Below, piece after piece: positions 51,114 through 64,000 of a stretch of DNA of 64,000 nucleotides. Location: NCBI RefSeq assembly GCF_037042905.1, contig NW_026974154.1, positions 310,001 to 374,000 of the forward strand, read 5' to 3'. The stretch's first letter is position 1. The number at the start of each line of letters is the position of its first letter. The DNA comes from Lytechinus pictus. Lineage: Eukaryota. The translations under genes were made by a program, and so were the position numbers. Below the pieces are notes generated by a model, which saw nothing but the letters and a program-made list of their open reading frames with translations, did no database searches and had not been told where the DNA came from.

Positions 51114-54100
51114 GAAACATCTTGAAGCAGACAGTTTCTGGGACGATGACAGACGTCTGATGAGGGTTGATCATGATCACATAGCCATCCCTGTTAATAC
51201 GCGGTGTACAGAGACGTTGCTGAAGAGAGATAGATTGGAAGGAAGGGTATCATTTCTTAATGCATCAGATAGTAACAGTGAAGCTAATGAAACATTTAAG
51301 ACAGGAGCACACCAGTCTCTTCTGAAGAGAGATGGATTGGAAGGAAAGGTGTCACTTCTTAATACATCAGATAGTAACAGTGAAGCTAATGAAACATTGA
51401 AGACAGGAGGACGCCAGTCTCTCTTGAAGCCATCCTCATCTATGGAGAGTGGTGTAAAATCAGGTCTTCGAACACAAGGTAGTTCATCATTCTGCAGTAG
51501 TTCCCAAGAGAAAGAACAGTCTACCACTCTGTCATGTGTAACACCTGTTGGACATACACATATGTCAGAGACTGGTAGCAGAACCCTTCTTCATTCAACC
51601 TCTGAGTATACAAGTGAGCCATCATGTCAGAAGGATGGTTTTCACCACTCTCCCACCAACCCATCAGGACATTCACCTGCGTTATGGAGTGGGAAAATAT
51701 CCAACATGGAAGCAAAGCTGGTCTGCATGTATCTATCACCCTCAAAGAAAACTAAAATCACCACTCCTTACGGTAGACTGAAAGCGATGATAGAAGGATG
51801 GACCAAAGAAGGAAGGTTAGATTGGAAAGAGGAGTTGAGAGATGAGATTCCTAGGAATTGGGAGAGACATGGAGATTTAGTTTTACTACCATCGTCATCC
51901 TTCAGAGATCCAGCATGGGATAATGTGTAGGTATACAGTGGCAGCACAAGGAATTTTGAAATAGGGGGGCAAGTCAGTGTCTCCACTCTTCCCGAAATTC
52001 AGGAAATTTTACTTTTTCCAGGAACTGTTTGGGAAATGAAAAATTTCCAGGATATTCATTGAAATACGAAAGTTACAATCTAACCACAATGAAGCGTTGC
52101 AATTTGTTATATTTATGTTATATTGGTATTGTTTTCCTATAAACGTAGCTCAAAATTTTCCGTTGCATGTCATATTTTTAAAGAGGGTGTGAAAAAAAAG
52201 TTAGATTCCTATTTTGGTTACTTGGACCAAATTTTATTATTTATTATTGCCTGATTTTTGTTAAAAATCAAACTTGAAAATTCCAGGAAATGTCTATGAA
52301 ATTCAGAAAATTTGTTTTGGATCTGAGGAAACACTGGGACAAGTGGAAGTAAAAGATAATTTTTACTCGCCTGCATAGCAGAGTGAGACTATAGGTGGTG
52401 CGTCGTCAACATTGAAATCTTAACCAAGGCTAAGTTTTGACATGTCATCATAATTTGTTTATGGGGGTGAAGGAGAGGCAGAGAAGCATTTGCTTTTCCA
52501 CCACTATAAAGAACCTATCATCAAGGCCATAAGAAAGAAGTATAGACATGATATAAAGTACCTCTGCAATCATTTTAACATGCTCAAGGCAGAGGCAAGG
52601 GTGTTTGGACTGACTCAAAAGTAATGTGTGTGGGTAATTCCAATTCTCAAGCAAAAAAGTATTTTGAAATGGTGATGTTAATTGATCAACCATCCTTGTC
52701 TCAAGACCATGACAAAGCATAGTCAGGTTTTTGATTTTTCGGAAAATATTTCAAGTTTGATTTGTGTTTGACCCATCAAAGTCAACTCTTGCACACTCTT
52801 TTCGTAATAATGAACGTCCATTGCGAGACCACAGTAAAAGCCGTTCAAAGGCTAATTTGTGTTCATTATTACATTTTATTGTGATGCTGAAGGTCGTAAA
52901 ATCAAAACGTCATCTTTCAGAATGCTTTTTCTGTGTTTATACTGTGTTTATATTTTTCTCCAAATTCAATTCTAAAACAAATTTACTATTTACATGTAAC
53001 CAGGAAAATGGGACAATGATTGCACACTTTGGTTTCTGTAAGGTTTGTGTTTTGTAATTGCATTTGTATCATGATTCATTTTGCTGTTTATCTTTGAAAG
53101 TCAACATTTAACAAGCCATAACCCTAAGATAATTCATGCCTGAAATTTATTTGCTTCAATAGAGCTTGGTCAATCTAATTTTTCTGAATTATTTCAATCA
53201 TTCAGGCGAGACTTCTGGTCGTTGGTAGCCAAGGCTTTAAACTGTACAAGGATTGCCAAGAGAGGCCGAATTCAATCTGATGACTTTAGATCTCCGCACA
53301 CAGAGATGGTTTTAGGATCAGACCCATTGGTTGAACACAGAGATAATGGAATCATGTAAGTTTCTTGAACTTAAGAGTGATCTGCTACTACTACTTTTAC
53401 AGGTAGATCGACTCCACCACCATCATCATCATCTTCATGATCTTCATTATCATCACCGCCATCATCGTCATCATTATTATCATCATTATCATCAGCATCA
53501 TAATCATCATTATCATCATCGTCACCACCATCATCACCTATACCATCATTGTCATCATCATGATCATCATCACCACTATTATCATCATCATCACTCCCAA
53601 CACTGACTGTGATCTCTCCTTGTGTGTTATAAATAGCTAGCCTATAACTATAACTATTGATAATAAAGAATGAATTAGTCTATCAATATTTGTAAAGAGG
53701 AACTTGAATGTTCTACAGAGGTAATATGACAGTTATGCTCATTGTCAATATGATAATTGTGCAATTAATGTACTGATTACTGAATTAGTGTAACTTTCAT
53801 TTGAGTGGGCATCTATTGCTAGACAACTCTGCCCAATAGGTTGCATTATGGTTTATGAACGTGATTACTTGAGGTGACCACTGCCTGCTGCTTTGTATAT
53901 CAATGTTTCTATTTTGTTTTCAGCTGTTCCTTTCATTTGAAGGTCAAGTCCACCCATAAAATTGTTGCTTTTAATCGATATAGAAAAATCAAACAAGCAT
54001 AACGCTGCAAATTTTATCGAAATCGGGTGTAAAATGAGAAAGTTATGACATTTTTGAATTTCGCTTTAATATTTTTCACAAAACAGTTAAACGACCAACT

Positions 54101-57100
54101 CAGCAATACGCAAATGAGAGAGTCGGCAATGTCCTTCACTCACTTTTTTTTTTTTTTTAATTGTTTGAATTATACAATACATATTTGACAATAGGACCAA
54201 CTTGACTTAACCATAAACTGTTAATAAATGGTAATTCCACGTGTTTAGGGAGGAATAAAATTTTGTTTCACATGACAATGAGGAGAAAATTCGAATATTT
54301 CTCTTTTTTATTTCATATAATAAAATATAAATGAAATATTGAGTGGAAGACATCAGTGCGCAAATTTGTAACAACCAGGATGTGCATATAATCTTAAAAT
54401 GTCATAACTTTCTTATTTTACATCCGATTTTGATGAAATTTTCAGTGTTTTGCTTGTTGGCTTTTTCTCCTTTTATTCAAATTAGCTTTTTGTTGGGTGG
54501 ACTTGTCCTTTAATAGATTGTATTGGTGAACTTGGTCTTTGATATCAATGATTTTTTTTTATTTTCAGCTATTCCTTTGACATACGTTATAGCATGTTTT
54601 CTTCTGGTAACATCACTGAAAAGCTCAGAGTGGCTAATCTTGATTGCTCCAATGAGACAGTTGTTGATTTATATGCAGGTAAGAAAGGCCTCATCTTTTA
54701 ATGAGTTACAGTTGATCCAATCAAGATCAACTGTAAGGAAATCCATCTATGCTGTCATTTTTTCTACAAGAAATTTTCACAATCTCTTTAGTAAACAAAG
54801 AGAATCACACTGAATCTTCAAGAGAAATGAGGAATGTATGAATAATGCATTCCTAGATTATATTTTGAACAAATTTCCATTTTATATTTTGACGTTGCTG
54901 GCCATCCATACGCTATTTCTACTAGTCTAATTTCTACGATATGTTTTGAAAAAAATTATATTTCAGATGTTGACTTTGCTGGCCATCCATCATCATTTCT
55001 AGAATATGTTTTGAACAAATTTCTCTTTCAGATGTTGACGTTGCTGGCCTTCCATACGTCATTTCTAGAATATGTTTTGAACAAATTTACATTTTAGATA
55101 TTGATGTTGCTGGTCATTCATAGTTGTGGTTGATCAATCGCAACTCTTTGTAAGACGGGGTGAAGATCAAGGATTATTTGGTATTTCTTCTCAAATAATT
55201 GGATCCCCATGATTATTGATGTATTATAAGAACACATCCAGTAATGATTGCAGGCTTTTTCTACACAGAACTAAATTGGGCCCTGTCTTACAAAGTGTTA
55301 TGATCGATCCGATCAGCTACAACTATGGAAAGCCAATAACGTCATCATCTAAAATGATTGTTCGTTCAAAATATTTCTTACATATATGTTGTATATTCGT
55401 ACATTCATAGTTTTCTTGAAAATTCAGGGTGTTTTTCTGTGCTTACAAAGGACATTGTGCATATTTCCTGGAGGAAAAAAATTATGACATTGATGCATTT
55501 CCATAAACTTGAGGTTGATTGGATCAATCATAACTCTTTGTAAGATGAGGCCCTGATGTTTGTTACTAAGGTTTATAGCTGAATCTATTGTTTATGTAAA
55601 TTAATCAAAACAACAGTGGGCTTATTAATGCTCAAACCTTTGCAATCATCGATTGAACGCAATGTCATAAATGAATGCCTTAATTATTGGACCACCAGCG
55701 GATCCAGGGGGGGGGGCACATCCGGCCCCTCCCCCTTTGAGAGGCATAATCAAAATGTGTAATCAAGTTTCCTGTTGATGAAATGACCTTAAACTCTGGA
55801 TGAAAACATTTTTTTTTCTGGATCCACCCCTGATTGGACCCTTTTTAAATGTACCTTTTTAAATGTAATAATGTATGCACTGCATCATTAAGTGCAATCA
55901 ATGCAAAAATATCTGCATAAAAATAGATTCAAAGTCATCTATGCTTGCTAAACAGGCTATATTGGCAGATTTTCTTAATAGATTTATGTCATTGGATCTT
56001 GCTTTGATTTGTACTGTATTTATGTTTAAATTCATATTTGTTGGCCTGAAATATGGCATTTTCTGTGAAATGTGTGTTTTTCCTAAATGTTGTATTTTTC
56101 TGTATTGCAAAAAACCTTGATGTCTCCTCAATAAGTAAATGCACCATGTATTTTTATACTGTCATCTTATAGGTATAGGCTACTTCACACTGCCATACTT
56201 GGTGCATGCCAAAGCGAAACTACTCTATGCATGTGAATGGAATCCTCATGCTGTAAATGCATTGCAAAGAAACCTGGAGCTGAACAGTGTGAACGAGAGA
56301 TGTGTAGTGCTAGAGGGAGATAATAGGAAGGTAAGACAATGTGCAGCATTTGTATAGCACCATATATCTGTCAAAGAAATTCAAAGGCGCATTTTTGGAG
56401 TAGCCAGCCAATCTGGGTCACCTGTAAGGGCATGCACACAGAACTGTGACCTGCGGGTCTCTACTTCTAATTTAACTAGTTGAGGGAATGCAGGTGGACC
56501 ACTACACCGGATTCCCCCTACTCTTTTTTTAATAGGACAGTTGTTTCTTAACGTGCAAAGATGGTGACTCTCCTCTACGGAGGGCCTCTATTTAACATTC
56601 TATTCGAGGGACGGAGTGTTTTCCATTGTAACATAGCCTGCATCTATGAAACATGGGAGAGACGTTTACACACAACGCACTGGCTTCAGTCATCCGCCCG
56701 GGGTGGACTCGAACCCACGATCTTTAGTTCGACGGGCCAACACTCTACCTACTGAGCCAACTTTGCTCTCACTATAGAAAGGATTTGAGATTAATTGGGA
56801 TGAATGAATCAATTGAGATTAGTGAAATAATCAGGATTATCATGATTTATTGGTTTAATGGGGACTGATAAATAAATCAGTAGGCTATTATTAATCATGG
56901 CTGTATGCAGGGGTTAGGAAGGGGATAGTTTCCCCCAGATATTTTGAAGACTTTTATCGTTTTACTGAAAATTTTCACGAAAAAGCTCACCAAAGATGAG
57001 TATTAAAGAAACTGTTCAGTTTCACTTCAGAAAATGCAAAAGTGCCCCATTAAGCTGGCCGCTAGCTATTAACCATTAAAAATAAACAAAAAGAGTTGAT

Positions 57101-57924
57101 CACGTCACATTATTTTTCTAGATTTGACAATGTTGGCTGCATACATTTCAACAGGTATGTATTTTTTTGTGTGTGTTGCATTTCAGGTATGTCCAGTAGG
57201 TGTTGCTAACAGAGTAAACCTAGGGCTTATACCATCCTCAGAGCAGGGGTGGCCAGTGGCCTGTGCTGCATTGAACCCTATTACTGGAGGTATACTGCAC
57301 ATCCATGGTAATGTGGATTCCTACCCCCACCAGGAATGGAATAATCCAAGCAGTAAGAAGGATGATAGCTATCCGTCAGTGGGTTGCTTTTTGGATGATT
57401 CAGAAGTCACATCTAATCATTGTCAGCCTGTAGCACAAAGGAGGATTCAAGACACTGTGCTTCCTGAGAACAAGACATGCCAAGACTGGGAGATTGGTAA
57501 CACTTCTCAGAGTGAAATATTCGAGAATGGTAACACTTCTTGGAGTGTATCAGGAAGTAAGGTATCAGAGAGTGGTAACACATCTCATAGTGTATCTGGT
57601 AGTAAGGTATCAGAGAGTGGTAACACTTCTCAGAATGAATCGGGTAGTATAAATGTAGAGACCGGTAACATTTCTCAAAGCAAAACTAATGGATTACATC
57701 CCACATGTTTATTCAACAAGAAAGTATCATCTAGTTGTTCCCATTACAAGCAAGCTAAATGGATTGAATGGGGTAGTGATGTAGCTAGGCAGATTAGAGG
57801 TCTTCTCCATGATCTACATGGTAGTCATTGGAATGTGGAGATGGTGCACATTGAGCATGTCAAGTCTTATGCACCTCATATTGATCACTTGGTTTTGGAT
57901 ATTGAATGTCGGCCGGTCTTATGA
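51114..57924 (+). CDS. TRMT12: tRNA wybutosine-synthesizing protein 2 homologue; exons 51114-51926, 53206-53355, 54569-54678, 56173-56330, 57187-57924; candidate first exon ends at 49998 (or 49963)
   Basis: Phase-consistent GT-AG splicing gives IPRNWERHGDLVLL, MFSSGNITEKLRVA, VVDLYAGIGYFTLPYLVHA, ACEWNPHAV, RVNLGLIPSSEQGWPVAC, GGILHIHGNV, HVKSYAPHIDHLVLDIECRP, all recognisable TYW2/TRMT12 motifs. Confidence 0.95.
53414..53595. repeat. Degenerate (CAT)n microsatellite, intronic
   Basis: Directly visible; source of the spurious poly-His and poly-Ile ORFs. Confidence 0.95.
53941..54509. mobile_element. TTAA-target MITE, same family as 9855-10422, in a TRMT12 intron
   Basis: TTGA|AGGTCAAGTCCACCCA ... 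TGGGTGGACTTGTCCT|TTAA. Confidence 0.75.
54850..55122. repeat. Intronic tandem repeat, ~60-75 bp x4
   Basis: Repeated CTAGAATATGTTTTGAACAAATTT...GATGTTGACGTTGCTGGCCATCCATAC. Confidence 0.8.
55278..55553. mobile_element. MITE
   Basis: GGGCCCTGTCTTACAAAGTGTTATGATCGATCC ... GGATCAATCATAACTCTTTGTAAGATGAGGCCC inverted ends. Confidence 0.6.
56360..56765 (-). mobile_element. tRNA-derived SINE, antisense in a TRMT12 intron
   Basis: Minus strand TTGGCTCAGTAGGTAGAG (A box) ... GGGTTCGAGTCC (B box), followed by ~330 nt of non-tRNA body. Confidence 0.7.
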
Positions 57925-59061
57925 CATTTACACTAGTAGCCTATATTATTTTGAAGTTAAAAGAATCAAATCAGAGAACATTATATTTTTTTATTTACCT
58001 CTTTAATAAAAACCTTGCGAAGTTTGGTTGGTTGGTTACTTTCACCTTCAACAAACTGTTTAGGCCTTTGCCCCGGATTGCCAAGAGAGGGCTCATTTGT
58101 ATTCATGTCAACATTGATGCTTACTATGTTTATTGCATTTCTGGAAATGAAGCAAGATGAAGTAAAAGGGAACTCATCAAAGTAAAGCACTTGAAAGAAT
58201 GTCATTGAAAAAATAGGATAGAGATAGAGATAGAGAAAATGTCTATAACCAATCTTTGTACAGATTAAGATAAATAAAATAAATTCCACCTGCTACTGAA
58301 TCAGGTATTGAATAAGATTGGTGGTCTGGGTAAACTTGAGGAAAATTGTTTATTGCTCTCCTTAACTTCTAGAATTCACCCGTTTTTTTTTTTCTTTTTC
58401 TTTCCTTTGCTGAATGATTTTCTTTGAAAAGTCATCACTGACATAGATCTAGCTTTGTTTGAATGGTTCAGACACGCTTTTCGTACCCGTTCCTTGGTAG
58501 GGTACGAAAAGAAGGCTACGTAAATCATGCTTGTAGGTGACTTCGTCTGATTCTGACTGGCACTAAGAGGAGAGCTATGGGTTGGATGATTATTATTATT
58601 ATTTCAGTCTTATTTAAAAAAAACAGGGTAATCCTTTCAGAGCCAAGAGGCCTGCTTTTCAAAAGAGCCTTGTTACATGAATATTTCATATAAATGAGAA
58701 CTTGTGATGTCTGTCAATCTTGAAATCCTGCTTGTCTAGGCCAACTTTCCCTGTCTTCCACTACTTTATGACAAGTCTCCCTCTCACTAGCGTAGCTACG
58801 GGGGGGGGGGGGGGACCTGTTTTGCCCCCCCCCTGACGAACTTGAAGACCTTGGATTTTGGATTAGTGTTATGTCAGTTTGTCCAATTATATTGTGGCAT
58901 TACTTTCCACAACTATGGCAAGGATCATCCCTTACAATGGTGTTGTGGAGCTTGATTTGTTCCTGTCGGTCCTGTAATATAAAAAATGGGGAAATAAGAA
59001 TTCTGAAAGCGAAATAGCGCATACAAAATACTTGCTCAACTAACATAAAGAAATGCAAACC

Positions 59062-59340
59062 CTATTCGCAGCACCAGTATAGCAAATGTCGCAGAACACC
59101 AGTCTTATTGATGACTTGCTTGGAATACAAGTTCGTTTCTCTAGCTACCAAAGAAAACAACTCATCTGTAAAGAATTTCATGAACAAGTCTACCTGCTTG
59201 GTGTTTTCATTTACGTTAAAAAGCTTTGTCAAACCACCATTGGTATTGTACATGTCATCCAGCCATTCAGTTTTCCACTCGTCTCCTTCACCAAGTTGTA
59301 TCCATTCCCGAGGCGCCTCATCGACCGAAGCCATGGACAC
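59062..59340 (-). pseudogene. piggyBac-type transposase N-terminal relic
   Basis: DLFMKFFTDELFSLVARETNLYSKQ resembles the F-LFF-D-L---IV--TN-YA-Q motif of piggyBac transposases. Confidence 0.7.
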
Positions 59341-60099
59341 ATCATCCTCCTTGACTTCGCTGTCCTAGTCGGCTCCTGGTACATGATGTGCAGTATAGCT
59401 GACTCTCCAAGTGAAGATGAGATCCCTTGGATGGCCTGACTATGTAGCATATATGAGTCATGCATTACTGCATCATGTAATTACACACACATTCTTCTTC
59501 CAAGATTTTGGAGTAGATTCTGGAAAAAGTGTTTTTTTACGTTGGTTTGTCAAATGACAAGCCCATCAATACAATAGTGTTGTTTTCTCTACAATTGTAG
59601 CAAGAATAGTCCCTTCTTATGGTGTTGGAGTCAGCTTGTGATGGGAGCACTAATGACACAACTGAAGCTGTAGCTTGTATTCTACCAAATGTTTTGAACA
59701 TTGCTGATAATAAGTCGGCTCTTCTGGACTGATACATTGACAGCCTGGTTATTGAATCATAATTCATTCATTTTCCACAGGATCAATTCCGTCCTAGTCA
59801 TCATTCCAACCGTTTCTCCTGTTTGACATCACGCATTGAGTCACTCAAGTTAAATACTTGGACAGGAATGATAATCCTCTTCTGGCTGCTAGAAGATCCT
59901 ATGATGTGATTCTTCCTTCTGGTTCTACACCTTCTACAATTGCCATTCCTACTACGGACAATTTTGTTGCTATCAGGAATGGACCTTTCCCGAGTAGCTG
60001 GAGTTTCAGAGAGATGCCTTTATTTTTGGATGGAGAGCTTCATGTCCAGCAGACACTATTGTAGTAGTGTCTGTAGTAGTACTTCAACTCGACCAACAA

Positions 60100-60831
60100 A
60101 CGGTTCTTCAAGCTGTGAAGTGCATGTATTCTCACTTCAACATGTGAAGAATGCCACATGTTGGGAGGAGAGAATTCATTCCAATTATACCTTGACATTT
60201 AATGTCTGCAATAAATGGCCTTCAGAGATTGAGTAGTTGTACCAATACCAAAATCCTAGCTTCAAGCAGAATAACTGTATGTTTTTACACACAGCTGTTC
60301 ATACGAGTCCATCCACTCTTCTGCACTCTGATCAATGCGTCCCTCAAAAAATGGGGGTCGGATACTAGGCTTGTTATTAGCCATAATTGTTCAGTTTACA
60401 AGAAATCACAGCCAATATTTAACAATGAATTGTTCAACGACTCTGTCAGCGAAGTCTCTGTCATCGCGAAATTGTCAAGTCTGTGCATGTAAATTCAATC
60501 TGGACACAAAACTATCAGCAGTTTCACTCTCTTGCTGGCAAAATCTCTGTAAGTAGAGACGAGCGACTCTGAAATTGGACTTTGGTTTAAGCTGCTTTTC
60601 AAACCGATTCCACACAACTGCGACATTCTTTCTGTCTCTTTCTGCTAAGTCCCATGAATTATACATGCGGAGGCCAGGGGTGCCCATGAAAAGCAGAATG
60701 TGATCCACCTGTTTCTCCTCTCTGACATTTTTCATGGAGAAGTACAATTCACACTGCTTTTTGAATATTTGTATGGTTCCTGGGAGATCTTCATCATCCC
60801 AGAATAATTTTGGCACGATGGAGTCATTCAT
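60100..60831 (-). pseudogene. Ty3/Gypsy gag relic
   Basis: FKKQCELYF...ILLFMG--GL-MYNSW...F-KQLKPKSNFRVAR...QQESETADSFVSRL; decays with stops and frameshifts downstream. Confidence 0.7.
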
Positions 60832-61259
60832 ATTGACGTTTTAGTTCACCAGTCACACACAGCTGCACAAATTCACTAAGCTGCAAGCACAGAGAATGAG
60901 GCTGTAAGTACAGTGAAAACTCACCGCGATCCGTATATGTGGGACTACAGGCTTGCAGCGATTGCTCAGGCAGACATCGCAAAGTTCCTTCCCTATCATT
61001 TCAGATCTCCGTAAGGCATCATCTCAGTCTAATGTCACCACTAGCGGGATTATCCCACCCATGCGGTTCATCTGCACACAACCGTTGCAGCGCAGTCTTC
61101 ACAATACCATGATACCTCTCCACTAACCTGTTGCAAATGGAATGATACCTAGAACTAGTGGCCTGTCTAATTGACAACAGTCTTGACACCTCTGTCATCA
61201 GACTTTAAAACAAACTGCAGACGTAAATTTGACATGACCTCATTTGGTATTCCTACCCT

Positions 61260-61721
61260 ACTATATATGCTAAGAGGTAAATTTCTACTTGCTCCTTTGT
61301 CAACTAGAGGACCCAGTCGATGACATCGTACAATGTCGGTTGAAGTCACGTTGACCCCCATCCTCCTGCCAATGTCAATGACAGCCTCCTCTGGATCTTC
61401 ATCTCTCAATTTAAGCACTCCTTGGATTTTGATGTTGTGCAATCTGGATTTTTGCTCCAGGTCATCATTTTTTTGCTCCAAGACTACCATCTTTTCAACA
61501 GATTTCTTTTCCGCCTCCTTATGTAGTTGTTTCTCTGACTCCTGGCCCTTTATTCTGCCCTCAAGCTCCATTATCCGGCCATCCTGCATCTCTAGCTGGG
61601 TGACGATTGCAGACATCGCCTCCGTAACTGCATTTTGTACAAACCTTTTTAATTGACTACTTTTTTCTTGCTTGTCAATGACAAGCTGGGGGATTTCGTC
61701 GGATTCCCTTTTTGTTGGCAT
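61260..61721 (-). pseudogene. LINE ORF1-like relic (coiled coil plus RRM-type, CR1/L2-group style)
   Basis: LEQKNDDLEQKSRLHNIKIQGV...DIVRCHRLG motif. Confidence 0.65.
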
Positions 61722-63238
61722 ATTAAAATATGGGTTTATAATGAGGAAAAAAAATGGGAATAGTCCAAAACAAATTAATGCGAGTGAAGGCTGCAGAGAA
61801 GGAAAAGACCCAAATGAGAAGACATGTTTATGTACAAGATATAAATATGTTTGCACAAAGAACAATGGTTTATTATAACTATAGATGGCTTTGGAATGAA
61901 TGCAAGAGCCCATCTAGCTGATTTTGTCTATTAGGTTCTGATTGGATGTTCTTGTTTGTGCTAATCCCTTTGTTAGTTCACAGGTCTTTGAGCAGTGAAT
62001 TTAGCTCTCATGAATGCCATTTTTTGTCTTTTGTTTGTAAGAGTGACCTTTTTTTAGTTTTCTCAAACACACATTCTGCTGTTCCATCTGTTCCTTTAAT
62101 TTGTGTTTGTATGTCAGCTTCCTCAGCCCTTTAATTTCTTCTCCGTGTCTTTTTGAAGTTGAGCAACTGTAAGAGATTGGTGCATTCAGAGCAAGTGTAT
62201 GATCCATCTTTCATCTCCCCCTTACATTCAACGCTTCACACGGTTCCTTTTTATGTATATGTATCCTTGTGACTATTAATAACAACAGTCTCCTGAGGTA
62301 CCAAGTACCAAAGTGCTTCCCCGACTTGTCTTTGCCTTTGTGATATGATGTAATTGATTGGTCAAAGGAAAACAGATTCTTTCCCAACCTTGTCTGACAG
62401 TGATAGGGTCCAGAACACAGATGATATTGTAGTCAGCTGCTTTCTCAAACATTTTTGGATGCAAGCTTTGGTTTCTTACTCAAAGAGAAAAAGGAGTCAA
62501 ATGAGCTTTGTTTACCTTTTGTTGAACGTTGATGGGTGGTCATGTAGGCAACAATATTCTGAGTCACCCTGTCTCTCTCTGGAAAGAGCTTGAGGAGATC
62601 AGTGCATACAGTGCAGCAAATCCTTGCAGCCTTACAAGATTTGGAAGCTTTGGCGTTTGGAAAGTACAGTGTATACTGGCCAAGGCATTCTATTTCCACA
62701 AGGGCCATTTGTGTCTCGATGACATCATGTGCAGTCTTTATCATGAGGAGGGTCTGTTTCCTGAGTTGACATACATACATACATACACACATACATACAT
62801 ACTCACATACATACATACTCATCAAAATTTGACATACATGTAAGAGTAAACAAGTATCACTGAATATCCTGCCTTAGAGTTAGGTATCATGATCAAGGTC
62901 AAATGCCATTTAGGGTAAATGAACCCATGTTTGGGGAATCACTATCGAAATGCTAAGCTATAATTTTTTGAAATGCCATCATATCTTTCAAAGTATATAG
63001 AGGACACGATAGAAATCTAGTATGACTGAGCTTCTTGCACAAATTTCAGGTCACATGATCTCGGTCAAAGGTCATTTGAGGTCCACAAAATTATTTGTGA
63101 ATAATTATTCTTTTCAAGTCGTTTTCTTGGTCGTGACTATTTGGGGGTCCATTCCCCCCCTCTATCTGTATTTCAGTGTCATTAGTATCTCATTGTACAT
63201 TCCTCCTCCCCAAAGGTGCCGGTTGGAAAGTAGATATA

Positions 63239-64000
63239 CAGTGCGTCCCAGAAAAAACGAAACCGAGATTTAGCGATGATTTATCATAACTTAATCATAA
63301 ATAAAATAGACAAATGACCTACCAATGTAAAGCTTAGAATCTCCTCTTTCATCTGGTATTACTTAGATTATTCCTCATTCACGCATGATTGAGCAAAAAC
63401 AATTCGAAGAAAGGATGCCAAAAACTCATTTGGCGGGGGGTATCTGAATTTTAAAAAGAAAATCACATTACTAAAAAGTTCAATATCTTCTCTTTTCTTT
63501 GATACCTAAATCACAGAAAATGGTCAAGTAGTAAAAAAGTTATGATCCCTCGAAACAATGCTTGTATTTCCATAATTTCATTAAATAAACGTGTTTTCAC
63601 CGGTTTCCTACTGAAGCTATCGCACGGTAACAAAAGACTTAATGCATGGCTGATCGTCAACAAAACGGAGTGTCGAGTGAGTTTGATCGCTAGCCTGTAA
63701 AACCTCTTCATTTTATGAAATTATTGAAATTCAAGCCCTATTTCAAATAACCAGAACTTTGTTATTTCTTGACCATTTTCTGTAATTGAGGTATCAAATT
63801 AAAGAGCAGATATTGAACTTTTAAAAAATGTGGTTTTTTTTTTAAAACCCAGATACGGCCCGCCAAGGGACTTTTTGGTATCCCCTTTTCAAATTGTTTT
63901 TGCTCACTCATGCCTGAATGAGAAATAATCTAAGTAATTTCATATGAAAGAGGAGATTCTAAGCTTTAAAAGGGTAGGTCATTTGTCTATTGTATTTGCG
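63239..64000. mobile_element. Tc1/mariner-like MITE with long TIRs, running off the window end
   Basis: TA|CAGTGCGTCCCAGAAAAAACGAAACCGAG start; long internal inverted arms; same family as 1268-1906. Confidence 0.8.

Noticed and set aside
51928-51930. Apparent premature TAG in TRMT12
   Set aside because: It lies within the donor GT|GTAGGT at 51927; phase-2 splicing to 53206 keeps the frame.
53331-53640. Poly-His and poly-Ile ORFs
   Set aside because: Translations of an intronic (CAT)n microsatellite.
56695-56765. Possible tRNA gene (also 10757-10826)
   Set aside because: A and B boxes are present, but the arms are degenerate and the sequence continues into a SINE body.

Overview
AT-rich, intron-containing, transposon-dense eukaryotic DNA. 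It is probably from a marine invertebrate; the repeat style suggests a sea urchin, which is inference only. Host genes: two tandem CD225/dispanin (IFITM/PRRT-like) paralogues (about 1.9-3.0 kb and 23.6-26.8 kb) and a spliced TRMT12/TYW2 gene (51.1-57.9 kb) whose presumed promoter/first-exon cassette has an inverted duplicate at 35.7-36.5 kb. Mobile DNA: a very young, intact BEL/Pao LTR retrotransposon (10827-19829, CACGG TSD) nested in a tRNA-derived SINE; an I-group (Nimb-like) LINE with RNase H, interrupted by a truncated Penelope-like element that ends in a minimal hammerhead; a 4.46-kb unclassified non-coding TIR element; many MITEs; and piggyBac, Gypsy and LINE relics. Main discovery: the BEL element has no tRNA-type primer-binding site. 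Instead, 14 nt at the PBS position (GTTCGCAACTGTTT) are the exact reverse complement of the exon-exon junction created by removing a predicted 967-nt GT-AG intron from its own LTR (AAACAGTTG|CGAAC). This suggests splicing-dependent self-priming, or a splice-controlled RNA switch. All coordinates were read by eye and no database searches were run.
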